This document shows positions 44,867 to 55,882 of a stretch of DNA of 64,000 bases, piece after piece; position 1 is the stretch's first letter, and each line of letters starts with the position of its first letter. The stretch is from Dehalococcoidia bacterium (GTDB lineage Bacteria > Chloroflexota > Dehalococcoidia > DSTF01 > JALHUB01). The notes beneath the pieces were generated by a model. It searched no databases and had not been told where the DNA came from. It saw nothing but the letters and a program-made list of their open reading frames with translations. Location: positions 61,545 to 125,544 of the forward strand of contig JASEFU010000001.1 in NCBI GenBank assembly GCA_030018455.1, read 5' to 3'. The position numbers and the translations under genes are program-made.

Positions 44867-47179
44867 TCACTCGGCCATGCGGATGTGCGGCAGCCACTCA
44901 AGCCAGCGCGGCAAGTACCAGTTCCAGTCGCCCAGAAGTTTCATCGTCGCCGGCAGCAATATCGAGCGGATAATCGTGGCGTCGATGAAGATCGCCAGCG
45001 CCAGCCCGAAGCCGAACTGCTTGATGCCGAGAAAGCGCGTGAAAGCGAAGATCATCGCCACCGCAATCATGATAGCGGCCGCGCTCGTGATCGTACCTGC
45101 CGTCGCGCGTACTCCCAACGAAACAGCGCGATCGCTGCCCGCGCCTCGCTCCCAGGCTTCCTTGATCCGCGCCAGGATGAACATGTGGTAGTCCATCGAC
45201 AGGCCGAAGAGGATGGCGAACAGGAACAGCGGCAGCCAGGACTCGATGATGCCCGTGGCCTCGAATCCGAGCGGGCCCTCCAGCAACCAGCCTTCTTGAA
45301 AAACGAGCACCAGTATGCCGTATGCCGCGCCCACCGAGAGGAGGTTCAGGATTATGGCCTTGACGGCGATGACAAACGAACGGAAGGTCAGCAACAGCAC
45401 GAAAAACGCCAGCCCGAGAACGAACGCGAAGACAATCGGCGTGCGGCCGTCTATATGACTCCGGAAGTCGATGTTGGCGGCCGTCGCTCCCGTGACGCTC
45501 ACCCTCGCAGACGACCCCTCGAACGCCGCGGGGATCAGCTCGTTGCGCAAACGTCTCACGTCGTCGAGTGCCCGCTCCTCGCCCGTGTCGGCGTTGAGTG
45601 GTATGCGGATCACCTCCGTGTCGCCGGCGCCGTTGACATCCGTCTGTATGGGAGCGCCGAAAGGAGCGTCCGGCCGTTGCGCCGAGGCAGTCTCCGCCTG
45701 GACACGCTCGACCAACTGCCGCACGCCCGACTGGATATCCTCAGCGTAAACGTTGCGGCTCTCTCCTGCGTCGACCACGACCAGCGCCGGAGAGGTGAGC
45801 CCGAGGGTGAAGTTCTCCTCCAGGGCAAGCAGCGCGCGCTTCGCTTCAACGTCATCGGAGAGGGCTTTGGCGCCGTTGAAGCCGAGATTAAAGGTCACTA
45901 TCGGCGCAGCAGCCGCCAGCAGGAGGCCGGTGGCAAGAATGGCGAGAATCGCCGGTCGGGCGAGAACGAAATCGGTGATGTGTCCCCACACACCGCCACG
46001 TTCCTCGCCGCGCACGAGGAAGGGAAGGGTAAAGCGGTCGATGTACCCCGCGAGCGCGCCGAGCAACGTCGGCAGCAAGGTCACGGAAATGATGATCGCG
46101 ATCATGACGACAATGACGGCCGCGAGGCCAAGACTGGTGAACGTCGCCTCGCCCACAAGGAACATCCCGCACACAGCCAGCACCACCGTCGCCCCCGCGA
46201 AGACGACCGCCTTCCCCGACGTCCCCGCAGCGATGCGGAGCGCCTCCTCGTCGCTGCGCCCCGCGCGCCGCTCATTGCGAAAGCGGGTGACCACGAACAG
46301 CGTGTAGTCGATGCCCGTGGCGAGCCCCATGAGCAACACCATCTCCGTGTAGATGGGACTCAGGGTGTAGGACTGGCTAATCACGCTGAGAACCCCGAAG
46401 GCGGTAAGGACGGCGGCGATAGCGAGAGTGAGAGGAATGAGGGCCGCAACCGGTGCCCGAAACACCAGCAGCAGTATGACCAACGTGACGGTCAGGTTGA
46501 GCATGAGCGCCCGACCCAGGTCTTCCTCGATGATCTTGTCCTGCTCCGCGAACGTCGAAGCCTCTCCGCCGCTCAGGATCGTGAAACCGGGCGACTCCTC
46601 GCTCACCTGCGCCACGGTCCGGACCACGGGGTCGATGTTCTCTTTCGCGGTCAGCACGTCGCCCTGCAGGCTCACAAGGGCAAGGCTGACGTCGCCGCTG
46701 TCGCTCGGCGCCACAAGTGGCGACGCCTCACGGGGAAGGCCGGTATCGTAATGAGTGAAGCTCCCTGAGACGATGCGCTTGTACTCGGAGACTCTCGTTC
46801 CGCCGACGTCTCGAATCTCCTCCGTTCGCAGCTCGCTGAGCCGCGTCATCAGGTCCTCGACCGTCCGGCGATACGCGGGGTCGTCCACCTGCGTCGCCGA
46901 GGAGAAGACGACGACCTCCTGCGGCGGGACTTGCCGCTCGCCGAAGCGTTCCTCGTACAGCCTCAGGGCGTCGCCGGCCTCGCCGATCCCCTCCTGCTCC
47001 CACGACGTCTTCGTCGGCATCACAATCGACGCGCCCATGGCAACGACGATCACGAGCAACCACCCCAACCCAACCAGGAGCCGGTGGTGACTGCTCCAGA
47101 CCGCCATCCGGGCCGTAAACGATGTCTCTCTGTGCCGAGCTGAGTCCAACTTGTTCTCCCGGCTATCGACCGATCTCAC
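44867..47179 (-). CDS. MMPL-family (RND-superfamily) membrane transporter
   Basis: 770 aa, two 6-TM bundles each preceded by a large periplasmic domain, …FVVTRFRNERRAG… and duplicated MMPL-domain signatures. GTG start overlaps the stop of the upstream binding-protein gene (TAGTG). Confidence 0.85.
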   Translation of the reverse strand: MRSVDSRENKLDSARHRETSFTARMAVWSSHHRLLVGLGWLLVIVVAMGASIVMPTKTSWEQEGIGEAGDALRLYEERFGERQVPPQEVVVFSSATQVDDPAYRRTVEDLMTRLSELRTEEIRDVGGTRVSEYKRIVSGSFTHYDTGLPREASPLVAPSDSGDVSLALVSLQGDVLTAKENIDPVVRTVAQVSEESPGFTILSGGEASTFAEQDKIIEEDLGRALMLNLTVTLVILLLVFRAPVAALIPLTLAIAAVLTAFGVLSVISQSYTLSPIYTEMVLLMGLATGIDYTLFVVTRFRNERRAGRSDEEALRIAAGTSGKAVVFAGATVVLAVCGMFLVGEATFTSLGLAAVIVVMIAIIISVTLLPTLLGALAGYIDRFTLPFLVRGEERGGVWGHITDFVLARPAILAILATGLLLAAAAPIVTFNLGFNGAKALSDDVEAKRALLALEENFTLGLTSPALVVVDAGESRNVYAEDIQSGVRQLVERVQAETASAQRPDAPFGAPIQTDVNGAGDTEVIRIPLNADTGEERALDDVRRLRNELIPAAFEGSSARVSVTGATAANIDFRSHIDGRTPIVFAFVLGLAFFVLLLTFRSFVIAVKAIILNLLSVGAAYGILVLVFQEGWLLEGPLGFEATGIIESWLPLFLFAILFGLSMDYHMFILARIKEAWERGAGSDRAVSLGVRATAGTITSAAAIMIAVAMIFAFTRFLGIKQFGFGLALAIFIDATIIRSILLPATMKLLGDWNWYLPRWLEWLPHIRMAE

Positions 47180-48219
47180 TACGGAAAGAGATTAACAAGC
47201 CTCCCGCCCTGTACCTGGCACGCGGCCACCCCGAAGTCGAGCGCCTGGGCCGTAAGGTCAGTCTCGCTGGTAGAGCGGTCTCCGTGCTCGTCGAAGGTGA
47301 TGCGGCCCGAAAGGCCGTCCTCCAGCTCGCCGGCGCTAACGGCGTCGCGGAGGGCGGCGCGGTCTATCACCAGGCTTCCGTCTTCTCTCTCCTCTGCAAC
47401 GCGGGCGACGGCATCGAGCAGCAGCGTCGCCGCGTCCGCGTACTGCGCCACGAAAGCGCTAGCGTCCGGCCGGTCGCCGTGCACACGCTCGAAGTCCGCC
47501 AGGAAGTCCTCGGGCAGGGTCAGCGGGCAACCCACGAAGTAGACGCCCTCCGCAGATTCGCGCCCGACCGGCTCCACAAACGTCTGCACGGAAGCGGCGG
47601 CATCGCCGGCGCCGAACTCTCCCGCGTACCCGGCGTCGCGGAGCTGACGGTAGAGCAGGGAAACGTCCGGGTTGAAGCTGGCAAAGCCGACGAAGTCGGG
47701 CTCTGCCTCCATGATGCGCTGCACAACCAGGCCGAAGTCGACGGTGCCGAGTGGCGCGGTGTCGCGGCTGACGGCGATCCCCTGCTCCCGCATCACCGCC
47801 TCCGCCGCATTGATCAAGTCGATGCCGTAGGTCTCGCCGTCGTCGATCAGGTAGGCTGTCGTTGCGCCCAGCTCGGTGGCGACGAAGAGACCTCCTACGA
47901 GCCCCTGGAAGGAGTTGCGGTAGGCGGTGCGGAAAAAGAAGCCGCCGGGCGGCTGCGTCGACGCAAGGTCAGAGTCGGTCGCAGAGCCCGAGATGGCGAC
48001 GACGCCCGCTCCCTCGTACAGAGGGAGGGCCGCGCGCGCGCCCGTGCTGCAATCGGGCCCGATCACGCCGATGAGTCCCGGCGTGTCTATGAGACGCCGC
48101 GCCGCCTGCATCGTGATCTCCTCCTCGGTGCACCCGTCGTCCTCCATCCGCAGCTCTATCTCGTGGCCCTTGATGCGCTCCCCGTTCGCCTCTTTCCAGC
48201 GGACCACACTCGTGATCAC
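47179..48219 (-). CDS. LivJ/LivK-type (type-I periplasmic-binding-protein fold) branched-chain-amino-acid-binding lipoprotein. N-terminus continues in frame to about 48460 without a canonical start.
   Basis: …LIGVIGPDCSTGARAALPLYEGAGVVAISGSATDSDL…FFFRTAYRNSF… (Peripla_BP_6 pattern). In-frame upstream translation gives …LFVAILSVALTACGSAAPVASGAPPFERDPEEIVIPAGQPIVIGVSVPLTGS… (lipoprotein signal), but there is no ATG/GTG/TTG after the preceding stop. Confidence 0.7.
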   Translation of the reverse strand: MITSVVRWKEANGERIKGHEIELRMEDDGCTEEEITMQAARRLIDTPGLIGVIGPDCSTGARAALPLYEGAGVVAISGSATDSDLASTQPPGGFFFRTAYRNSFQGLVGGLFVATELGATTAYLIDDGETYGIDLINAAEAVMREQGIAVSRDTAPLGTVDFGLVVQRIMEAEPDFVGFASFNPDVSLLYRQLRDAGYAGEFGAGDAAASVQTFVEPVGRESAEGVYFVGCPLTLPEDFLADFERVHGDRPDASAFVAQYADAATLLLDAVARVAEEREDGSLVIDRAALRDAVSAGELEDGLSGRITFDEHGDRSTSETDLTAQALDFGVAACQVQGGRLVNLFP

Positions 48220-48578
48220 GGCGTCGCCGTCTTCCGTGCCCTCCGGCTGCTGCGAGCCCGTGAGGGGGACGGAAACGCCGATAACGATGGGTTGTCCCGC
48301 GGGAATGACGATCTCTTCGGGGTCGCGCTCGAAGGGGGGCGCGCCGCTGGCGACGGGCGCTGCGCTGCCGCACGCCGTCAGGGCGACGGACAGTATCGCA
48401 ACGAAAAGAACAGGCGCCGCCGCGCTCCAGCGCGGGAGACGGGCGGCACGTGCAGAGCAGACGCCGGGCCGGTCAGGCAGTACCGGGATGCTTCACCCTC
48501 CAAAGTTTGAGGACGGCGCAGGACTGGTCCTGGCCGTCCTGTTCAGAATACACCGTGCCGTTACGGCGGTCTACCCGT

Positions 48579-49337
48579 CTACCGGAACCGCGCCTGCCAG
48601 ATGTCCGGGCATTCCTGGCCCGTCAGGTAGAAGACCTGCGCCTCGCTGTCCCAGGCGATGCCGTTCGGCGTGCCCCCCGGACAGACTTCCGGCGGGAGCT
48701 CGAAGCGCGCCACGTCCGAAGGGTCGCGCTCCTTGATACGGTAGACGTAGCGCGTCTGCCACTGGTTCGCCCAGATATACGTGCCGTCGAACTCCAGCTC
48801 GTTGAGCCGCGCCACGGGCTGCCCTTCGTAGGAAATCGTGACCTCTCGCTCCACCTCAAACGTCTCGGGGTCGCGATAGTAGAGTGTGGCGCTGCCGTTC
48901 GAGTTGACGAGGTGGCTGTCCGTCGCCGTCAGACCCCAACCTTCGCCCTTGTAGCGCGCGAAAAGCCGGTACGGCTCGTCGGCATTGCGGTCGAACAGAT
49001 AGGCCTCACCCTCTTTGTACGTCAGCAGGTACGTCCTGCCGAACGCGCGCGCCAGCCCCTCGCCGAAGAAGCCCTGCGGGTTGGGCACCGCCCACAGCAC
49101 TTCCCCCGTCTCGGTGTCCAGCCCGCGCACCTGCGACTTGCCCTCGAGGCCGGTGCTTTCCCAGAGAACGCCTTCGCTGATCAGCAGCCCCTCCGTCCAG
49201 GCGTTTCCCTCGTGAGGCAGCGACTCCAGGAGCTCGACGCGTCCCTGCGGCGTCCATTCTCCCGACGGCGTCGACTCGCCGCAGGAGACCACCAGCGCGA
49301 CGACGAAGGCGATGGCGAGGAGACGGACTGCTTGCAT
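48579..49337 (-). CDS. glutaminyl-peptide cyclotransferase (bacterial/plant beta-propeller type) lipoprotein
   Basis: Signal with lipobox (…LAIAFVVALVVSCG), …EGLLISEGVLWESTGLEGKSQVRGLD…, …GWGLTATDSHLVNSNGSATLYY…, …NGIAWDSEAQVFYLTGQECPDIW…, all characteristic of plant-type glutaminyl cyclase. Confidence 0.8.
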   Translation of the reverse strand: MQAVRLLAIAFVVALVVSCGESTPSGEWTPQGRVELLESLPHEGNAWTEGLLISEGVLWESTGLEGKSQVRGLDTETGEVLWAVPNPQGFFGEGLARAFGRTYLLTYKEGEAYLFDRNADEPYRLFARYKGEGWGLTATDSHLVNSNGSATLYYRDPETFEVEREVTISYEGQPVARLNELEFDGTYIWANQWQTRYVYRIKERDPSDVARFELPPEVCPGGTPNGIAWDSEAQVFYLTGQECPDIWQARFR

Positions 49338-49405
49338 TCAGGCGGTATGATAGCAGGCGATGACGGCCAATGCACGGGTCGGCGCCGACGGTGGAACAGG
49401 GCAGC

Positions 49406-51241
<1,836 letters not shown>

Positions 51242-51302
51242 TGACTCGATGGTAGCATAGAAGAAGACAGCTCTCAATTTGGACACTCGGAAAGGGGGAC
51301 TC

Positions 51303-51860
51303 GTGGAGCGCGCAAGCGAAGTATTGACGGCGGAGCACCGCGGCATCGAGCGGATGCTGCGGATTCTCGAAACGGCGGCGGCGAAGGCCGAGCGGGGCGA
51401 GAAGGTGTCGGTGGAAGTCTTCTCCGACGCCATCGACTTCATCAGGGGCTTCGCCGACGGCTGCCACCACGCGAAGGAGGAGAAGACGCTATTCCCCCTG
51501 CTGGAGCAGCGCGGGATACCGCGGCAGGGGCCTATCGGAGTGATGCTGTCGGAGCACGAAGCAGGACGGCGCTACGTGGCGCAGATAGCGGCGTCGCTGG
51601 AGGGCTACGCCCGCGGCGATGCGGCGGCCACGCGCACGCTCACCGAAAACGCGCGTGAGTACGTGGCGCTTCTCCGCCAGCACATCACGAAGGAAGACAA
51701 CGTCCTCTTCCCCATGAGCGACCGCGTCCTCACCGAAGACGACCAGAAGGGCCTGGTGGAGCGGTTCGAGGAGATCGAGCGGGAAGAGATCGGCGAGGGC
51801 GTCCACGAGCGGTACCACGGCATGCTCGACCGCCTGGAGCGCGAGATGGGTATCGTCTAG
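51303..51860 (+). CDS. hemerythrin HHE cation-binding-domain protein
   Basis: GTG start after AAGGGGGA. …[12 protein letters not shown]…, …[12 protein letters not shown]…, …MLSEHEAG…, …[11 protein letters not shown]… (His/Glu di-iron ligand pattern). Confidence 0.7.
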   Translation: MERASEVLTAEHRGIERMLRILETAAAKAERGEKVSVEVFSDAIDFIRGFADGCHHAKEEKTLFPLLEQRGIPRQGPIGVMLSEHEAGRRYVAQIAASLEGYARGDAAATRTLTENAREYVALLRQHITKEDNVLFPMSDRVLTEDDQKGLVERFEEIEREEIGEGVHERYHGMLDRLEREMGIV

Positions 51861-51861
51861 C

Positions 51862-52383
51862 GTGGCGGAGCCGCCATCAATGGACTCCTACGTCATTACG
51901 GAAGTGGGAGAAGGCGACGCCGATCTGCTGGCCTCGCTCATCCGTGAAGCCTTCGCTACCGTCGCGACGGAACTGGGACTAACACCCGAGAACGCCCCGA
52001 GGCACCCGTCGAACTGCACGCCGGAGTGGGTGCGCGCTGCGTTTGCGAAGGGCATCAGGCACTTCGTGCTCGAGACGCCAAACGGCCCGGCGGGCTGCGT
52101 CGCGCTGGAACAGGCCGATTCCGAAGTCTGCTACGTGGAGCGTCTGGCAGTGCTGCCCGCGCACCGTCGCAGCGGCTTCGGCGAGGCGCTGGTGGACTAC
52201 GCCGTGGGCAGGGCGCGCGAATGCGGGGCGCGCCGCGTCGAGCTGGGGATGGTCGCCGCTCAAACGGGGCTGCGGGAGTGGTACGAGAAGCTGGGATTCT
52301 CGCTGACATCGATCGTGCAGTTTGAGGGCGCCCCGTTTGAGGTGGCGTTCATGCGGAAGTACCTCGAAGGAGGCGACGGCTAG
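51862..52383 (+). CDS. GNAT-family N-acetyltransferase
   Basis: …CYVERLAVLPAHRRSGFGEALVDYAVGRARECGARRVELG… (acetyl-CoA-binding motif A, R-x-x-G-x-G/A). The ATG at 51880 is an alternative start. Confidence 0.75.
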   Translation: MAEPPSMDSYVITEVGEGDADLLASLIREAFATVATELGLTPENAPRHPSNCTPEWVRAAFAKGIRHFVLETPNGPAGCVALEQADSEVCYVERLAVLPAHRRSGFGEALVDYAVGRARECGARRVELGMVAAQTGLREWYEKLGFSLTSIVQFEGAPFEVAFMRKYLEGGDG

Positions 52384-52542
52384 GGCACACGGCGGCGGCG
52401 ACTGCTCAGGGCCAGCGGGTGCACGTACTTCCTCCGCGGCGCACGCAACCTGTACTACGATGCCCCGGGCGTCACCACAGCCGAGGCAGAAGAGATCAGC
52501 AACGAAACGAACGCTCCCCTGACTTACACCGCCGAGCCACTG

Positions 52543-53295
52543 GTGCAGGACCCGACCGATTGGGACGGCGACGGGGTCGCCGACGGCGCCGACAACTGCC
52601 CTTATGTCTACAACCCGGCCCAGACGAACACCGACGCCGAAACCATTGACAACGGCCCGGTCGTGGTCGGCGACGATGTCACGGCGCCTTACGGCGACGC
52701 TCTGGGCGACGCGTGCGACGACGATGACGACAACGATTGGCTTCTTGACAGCGGTGAGGTAGCTGCGGGCACGGACCCGCTCGATCAGGACACTGACGGC
52801 GACCGCGTGCTCGACGGCGCGGAAGTCCTCCTCGGCTCCGACCCGCTTGATCCGGGCAGCCGCCCGTCGTGCACGGGCATCGTCGATGCCGACAAGGACT
52901 GCCTGCCGGCGGACGTGGAAGCGCTGTTCGGCTCGTCCGACGTCGCCAGGGACAGCGACGCCGACGGCATCACCGACAGCGTGGAGGTGAAGGGCTGGGG
53001 CACGTCTCCCGTCGCGGGGGACAGCGACGGCGACGCGTGCGACGACGACAAAGAGATCGCCGACGTGAACGGCGATGCGGTGGCGAACAGTCTCGACTAC
53101 GTGCGGGTGGCCCAGCGCGTCTTCGGAGTGCAGGACGACGACCCGGACGACGGCAACCCCGTGCCTGACCCCGACATGCAGGTAAGCCCTGCCTTCGACG
53201 TCAACAAAGACGGGGTGATGAGTTCACTCGACTCGACCCTCGTGGGTCTAAACTCCAACCTCGTGGAAAACACGGGAAAATGCAACTGCAACTAG
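52543..53295 (+). CDS. thrombospondin type-3 repeat and dockerin-like Ca-binding repeat protein with no signal peptide
   Basis: DWDGDGVADGADNCPYVYNPAQTNTD (TSP3 DxDxDGxxDxxDNCP motif) repeated in variants. C-terminal pair DVNGDAVANSLDYVRVAQRVF / DVNKDGVMSSLDSTLVGL fits the dockerin DxNxDGxxNSxD-helix repeat. First canonical start is GTG 52543. The frame is open back to the GNAT stop at 52381-52383. Confidence 0.6.
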   Translation: MQDPTDWDGDGVADGADNCPYVYNPAQTNTDAETIDNGPVVVGDDVTAPYGDALGDACDDDDDNDWLLDSGEVAAGTDPLDQDTDGDRVLDGAEVLLGSDPLDPGSRPSCTGIVDADKDCLPADVEALFGSSDVARDSDADGITDSVEVKGWGTSPVAGDSDGDACDDDKEIADVNGDAVANSLDYVRVAQRVFGVQDDDPDDGNPVPDPDMQVSPAFDVNKDGVMSSLDSTLVGLNSNLVENTGKCNCN

Positions 53296-53318
53296 GCCTT
53301 TGCAGCGCGGCGTCAACA

Positions 53319-53347
53319 GAGAGGGCCTCCCTTCGGGAGACCCTCTC
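53319..53347. terminator. bidirectional terminator-like hairpin between convergent genes
   Basis: GAGAGGGCCTCCC-TTCG-GGAGACCCTCTC (about 12-bp stem, one mismatch, TTCG loop) in the 72-nt gap between the dockerin-protein gene (+) and oppF (-). No strong U-tract. Confidence 0.4.
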
Positions 53348-53367
53348 AACTTCGTCACTATCAGCGG

Positions 53368-54387
53368 CTAGATGCGGTGGCAGGCTACCCAGTGGTCGCG
53401 CGAAAGCTCGCGCCACACCGGCACGTGCTCGCGGCACTCCGTCGTCACCAGCGGGCAGCGCGTGTGGAAAACGCAGCCCGACGGCGGGAACAGGGGGCTG
53501 GGCACGTCGCCGCTGAGGATGATGCGCTCCCGCTTCGCCTCCACGACCGGGTCCGGTATGGGCACCGCCGAGAGCAGCGCCTTCGTGTAGGGGTGAAGCG
53601 GGTTCTCGTACAGCTCCACCCTGTCCGATAGCTCCATCAGCTTGCCCAGGTACATCACCGCCACGCGGTCGCTTATGTGCCGCACTACCGACAGGTCGTG
53701 GGCGATGAACAGATAAGTGAGGTCGAACCTCTCCTGCAGGTCCTCCAGCAGGTTGATGATCTGCGCCTGAATCGACACGTCGAGTGCCGAGACCGGCTCA
53801 TCGCAGACGATGAAGTCGGGCTCCACCGCCAGCGCGCGCGCCACGCCGATGCGCTGTCGCTGCCCGCCGCTGAACTCGTGAGGGTAGCGGCTGGCGTAAT
53901 ACGGGTTCAGACCGACGATCTGCATCAGCTCCTGCACACGCTCGCGCCGCTGCTTCCCCTTGAACAGGTTGTGGATCACAAGCGGCTCGCCGATGATGCT
54001 CCCCACGCTCATGCGCGGGTTGAGCGAGGCGTAGGGGTCCTGAAAGATCATCTGCATGCGGCGGCGGAAGCCGCGCAGCTCGCCGCCCTTGACCTTCGTG
54101 AGGTCTCTGCCGCCGAAGAGTACTTCGCCGCTTGTCGGCCGGTACAGTTGCAGGATGGCGCGGCCGGTCGTCGACTTGCCGCAGCCGCTCTCACCCACCA
54201 GGCCGAGGGTCTCCCCCTTGCGAATGAAGAAGGAAATGCCGTCGACGGCCTTGACGTCCGCTATCTTGCGCTGAAAGATGATCCCCGAAGTCACGGGAAA
54301 ATACATCTTCAGGTCGGTCACGCTGATAAGGACGTTGTCTCCGCCGAGCTGTCTCTCGGCGTCGGCGATGCGTTGTTCGGTAGTCAT
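53368..54387 (-). CDS. oppF: oligopeptide/dipeptide ABC transporter ATP-binding protein (OppF-like)
   Basis: …[13 protein letters not shown]… (Walker A), …[15 protein letters not shown]… (signature), …[11 protein letters not shown]… (Walker B), and a C-terminal oligopeptide-ABC tail with Cys cluster. ATG overlaps the oppD stop (ATGA). Confidence 0.85.
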   Translation of the reverse strand: MTTEQRIADAERQLGGDNVLISVTDLKMYFPVTSGIIFQRKIADVKAVDGISFFIRKGETLGLVGESGCGKSTTGRAILQLYRPTSGEVLFGGRDLTKVKGGELRGFRRRMQMIFQDPYASLNPRMSVGSIIGEPLVIHNLFKGKQRRERVQELMQIVGLNPYYASRYPHEFSGGQRQRIGVARALAVEPDFIVCDEPVSALDVSIQAQIINLLEDLQERFDLTYLFIAHDLSVVRHISDRVAVMYLGKLMELSDRVELYENPLHPYTKALLSAVPIPDPVVEAKRERIILSGDVPSPLFPPSGCVFHTRCPLVTTECREHVPVWRELSRDHWVACHRI

Positions 54388-55376
54388 GCGCTCACGGCCT
54401 TTCCAACGGTTGGCATCACCCAGCAGGCGGCGTAATGCTTCTCGCCGCCGAGCATCAGCGGCGGCTCCTCGACCTTGCACCGCTCTATCCGGTACTCGCA
54501 CCGCGGATAGAAGCTGCAGCCTTCGGGCATGTGTATGAGATCGGGCGGGAAGCCCTCGATAGGTTCAAGCTTGTCCTTCCGCACCTGGTCGAGCCGGGGC
54601 ACCGACTTCAGCAGACCGATCGTGTACGGGTGCCGGGGGTTGCCGTACACTTCGCGCGAAGTCGACGACTCGACGATCTTGCCCGCGTACATGACGTTCA
54701 CCCGCTGAGCGTACCTCGCTATGACGCCCAGGTTGTGCGTGATGATGATGACGGCTGTCCCGAACTCACGGCTCAGGCGCGCCATGATCTCCAGGATTTG
54801 CGCTTGAATCGTGACGTCGAGAGCGGTTGTCGGCTCATCGGCCAGCAGGAGCTTGGGGTTGCAGGAGAGGGCCATCGCGATCATGACGCGCTGTCGCATC
54901 CCTCCTGAGAACTGGTGCGGGTAGTCTTTGATGCGGGCGGCGGCGGAGGGGATACCGACCATCTCCAGCAGCTCGACCGCCCGCCTGACGGCGCTCGAGC
55001 GGTCCATCCGCATGTGCAGCTCGAGCGACTCCGTGAGCTGGCGCCCGATGGTAAGGACGGGATTGAGGGAGGTCATCGGCTCCTGGAAGATCATGGCGAT
55101 TCGGTTGCCCCGGATGTGCCTGATCTCGTCCTCGTCGACCTTGAGGAGGTTCTCGCCTTCGAACCAGATTTCGCCGTCGACGATCTTGCCGGGAGGATTG
55201 GGGATGAGGCGCAGGAGCGAGAGGGCGCTGACGCTCTTGCCGCAGCCGCTCTCGCCCACGAGACCTATCGTCTCGCCCTCCTCCACATCGTAGTCGATCC
55301 CGTCAACCGCCTTCACCACGCCGTCGTCAGTATAAAAGTAAGTGCGAAGGTTCTTCACCTCTAACAGGGTTCCCAT
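54384..55376 (-). CDS. oppD: oligopeptide/dipeptide ABC transporter ATP-binding protein (OppD-like)
   Basis: …[13 protein letters not shown]…, …[15 protein letters not shown]…, …[11 protein letters not shown]…; start at the internal ATG 55376 ([10 protein letters not shown]…). Confidence 0.85.
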   Translation of the reverse strand: MGTLLEVKNLRTYFYTDDGVVKAVDGIDYDVEEGETIGLVGESGCGKSVSALSLLRLIPNPPGKIVDGEIWFEGENLLKVDEDEIRHIRGNRIAMIFQEPMTSLNPVLTIGRQLTESLELHMRMDRSSAVRRAVELLEMVGIPSAAARIKDYPHQFSGGMRQRVMIAMALSCNPKLLLADEPTTALDVTIQAQILEIMARLSREFGTAVIIITHNLGVIARYAQRVNVMYAGKIVESSTSREVYGNPRHPYTIGLLKSVPRLDQVRKDKLEPIEGFPPDLIHMPEGCSFYPRCEYRIERCKVEEPPLMLGGEKHYAACWVMPTVGKAVSA

Positions 55377-55463
55377 ATATCGTCCCCGTTCAGCTACTTG
55401 TATATGTACCGCCGCAACCCGTGTTGCGGTAAGCGCCATGATCAGGACGGCAGGCGAGCGGAC

Positions 55464-55548
55464 TGGTGGGGAAGAGGGGACTCGAACCCCTACGCCTTGC
55501 GGCACATGATCCTAAATCATGCTCGTCTACCAGTTCCGACACTTCCCC
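55464..55548 (-). tRNA. tRNA-Leu (anticodon UAG), long variable arm
   Basis: rc = GGGGAAGTGTCGGAACTGGTAGACGAGCATGATTTAGGATCATGTGCCGCAAGGCGTAGGGGTTCGAGTCCCCTCTTCCCCACCA. 85 nt, class II tRNA, encoded CCA. Confidence 0.85.
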
Positions 55549-55556
55549 TCTAGGTT

Positions 55557-55632
<76 letters not shown>

Positions 55633-55639
55633 AGAGCGT

Positions 55640-55882
55640 CACTCATATGATACTTTACTGATTATGCTTCGCGCCAGACGGCGCCGACGACGCACGAAGC
55701 GATCAACCGGAATCGCGCATCGTCCCGGTTCGGCAAGTTATCATGCTTCAGTTGGACAGTCAAGCCGGAGGCTCGTGTTGACCAAGTATCGGCCGCAATC
55801 CATAATAGTCGATGGAACGTACTACTTCCAGCCCCGATGGCACGGCGCGGGTCCGCGGACTGCCATCGGTATTTCTGTGCTT
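55640..55882 (+). promoter_or_regulatory. pheST leader with terminator/antiterminator-type hairpin, a candidate T-box (tRNA-Phe-sensing) attenuator
   Basis: 243-nt untranslated region. Near-perfect inverted repeat CCGATGGCA-cggcgcgggtccgcggac-TGCCATCGG followed by TATTTCTGTGCTT immediately before the pheS ATG. The 5' arm contains GATGGCACGGCGCGG, resembling the T-box core GGUGGNACCGCGG. UUC triplets are present upstream (GCUUCAG). Not verified. Confidence 0.35.

Noticed and set aside
44849-46768. 639-aa plus ORF antisense to the MMPL gene
   Set aside because: Antisense artefact, Arg/Glu-rich.
52384-52542. Possibility that the GNAT and TSP3/dockerin ORFs are a single fused gene
   Set aside because: Not asserted. 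A TAG stop is present and the linker translation (GTRRRRLLRASGCTYFLRGARNLYYDAPG…) has no domain character. Kept only as a question in findings.
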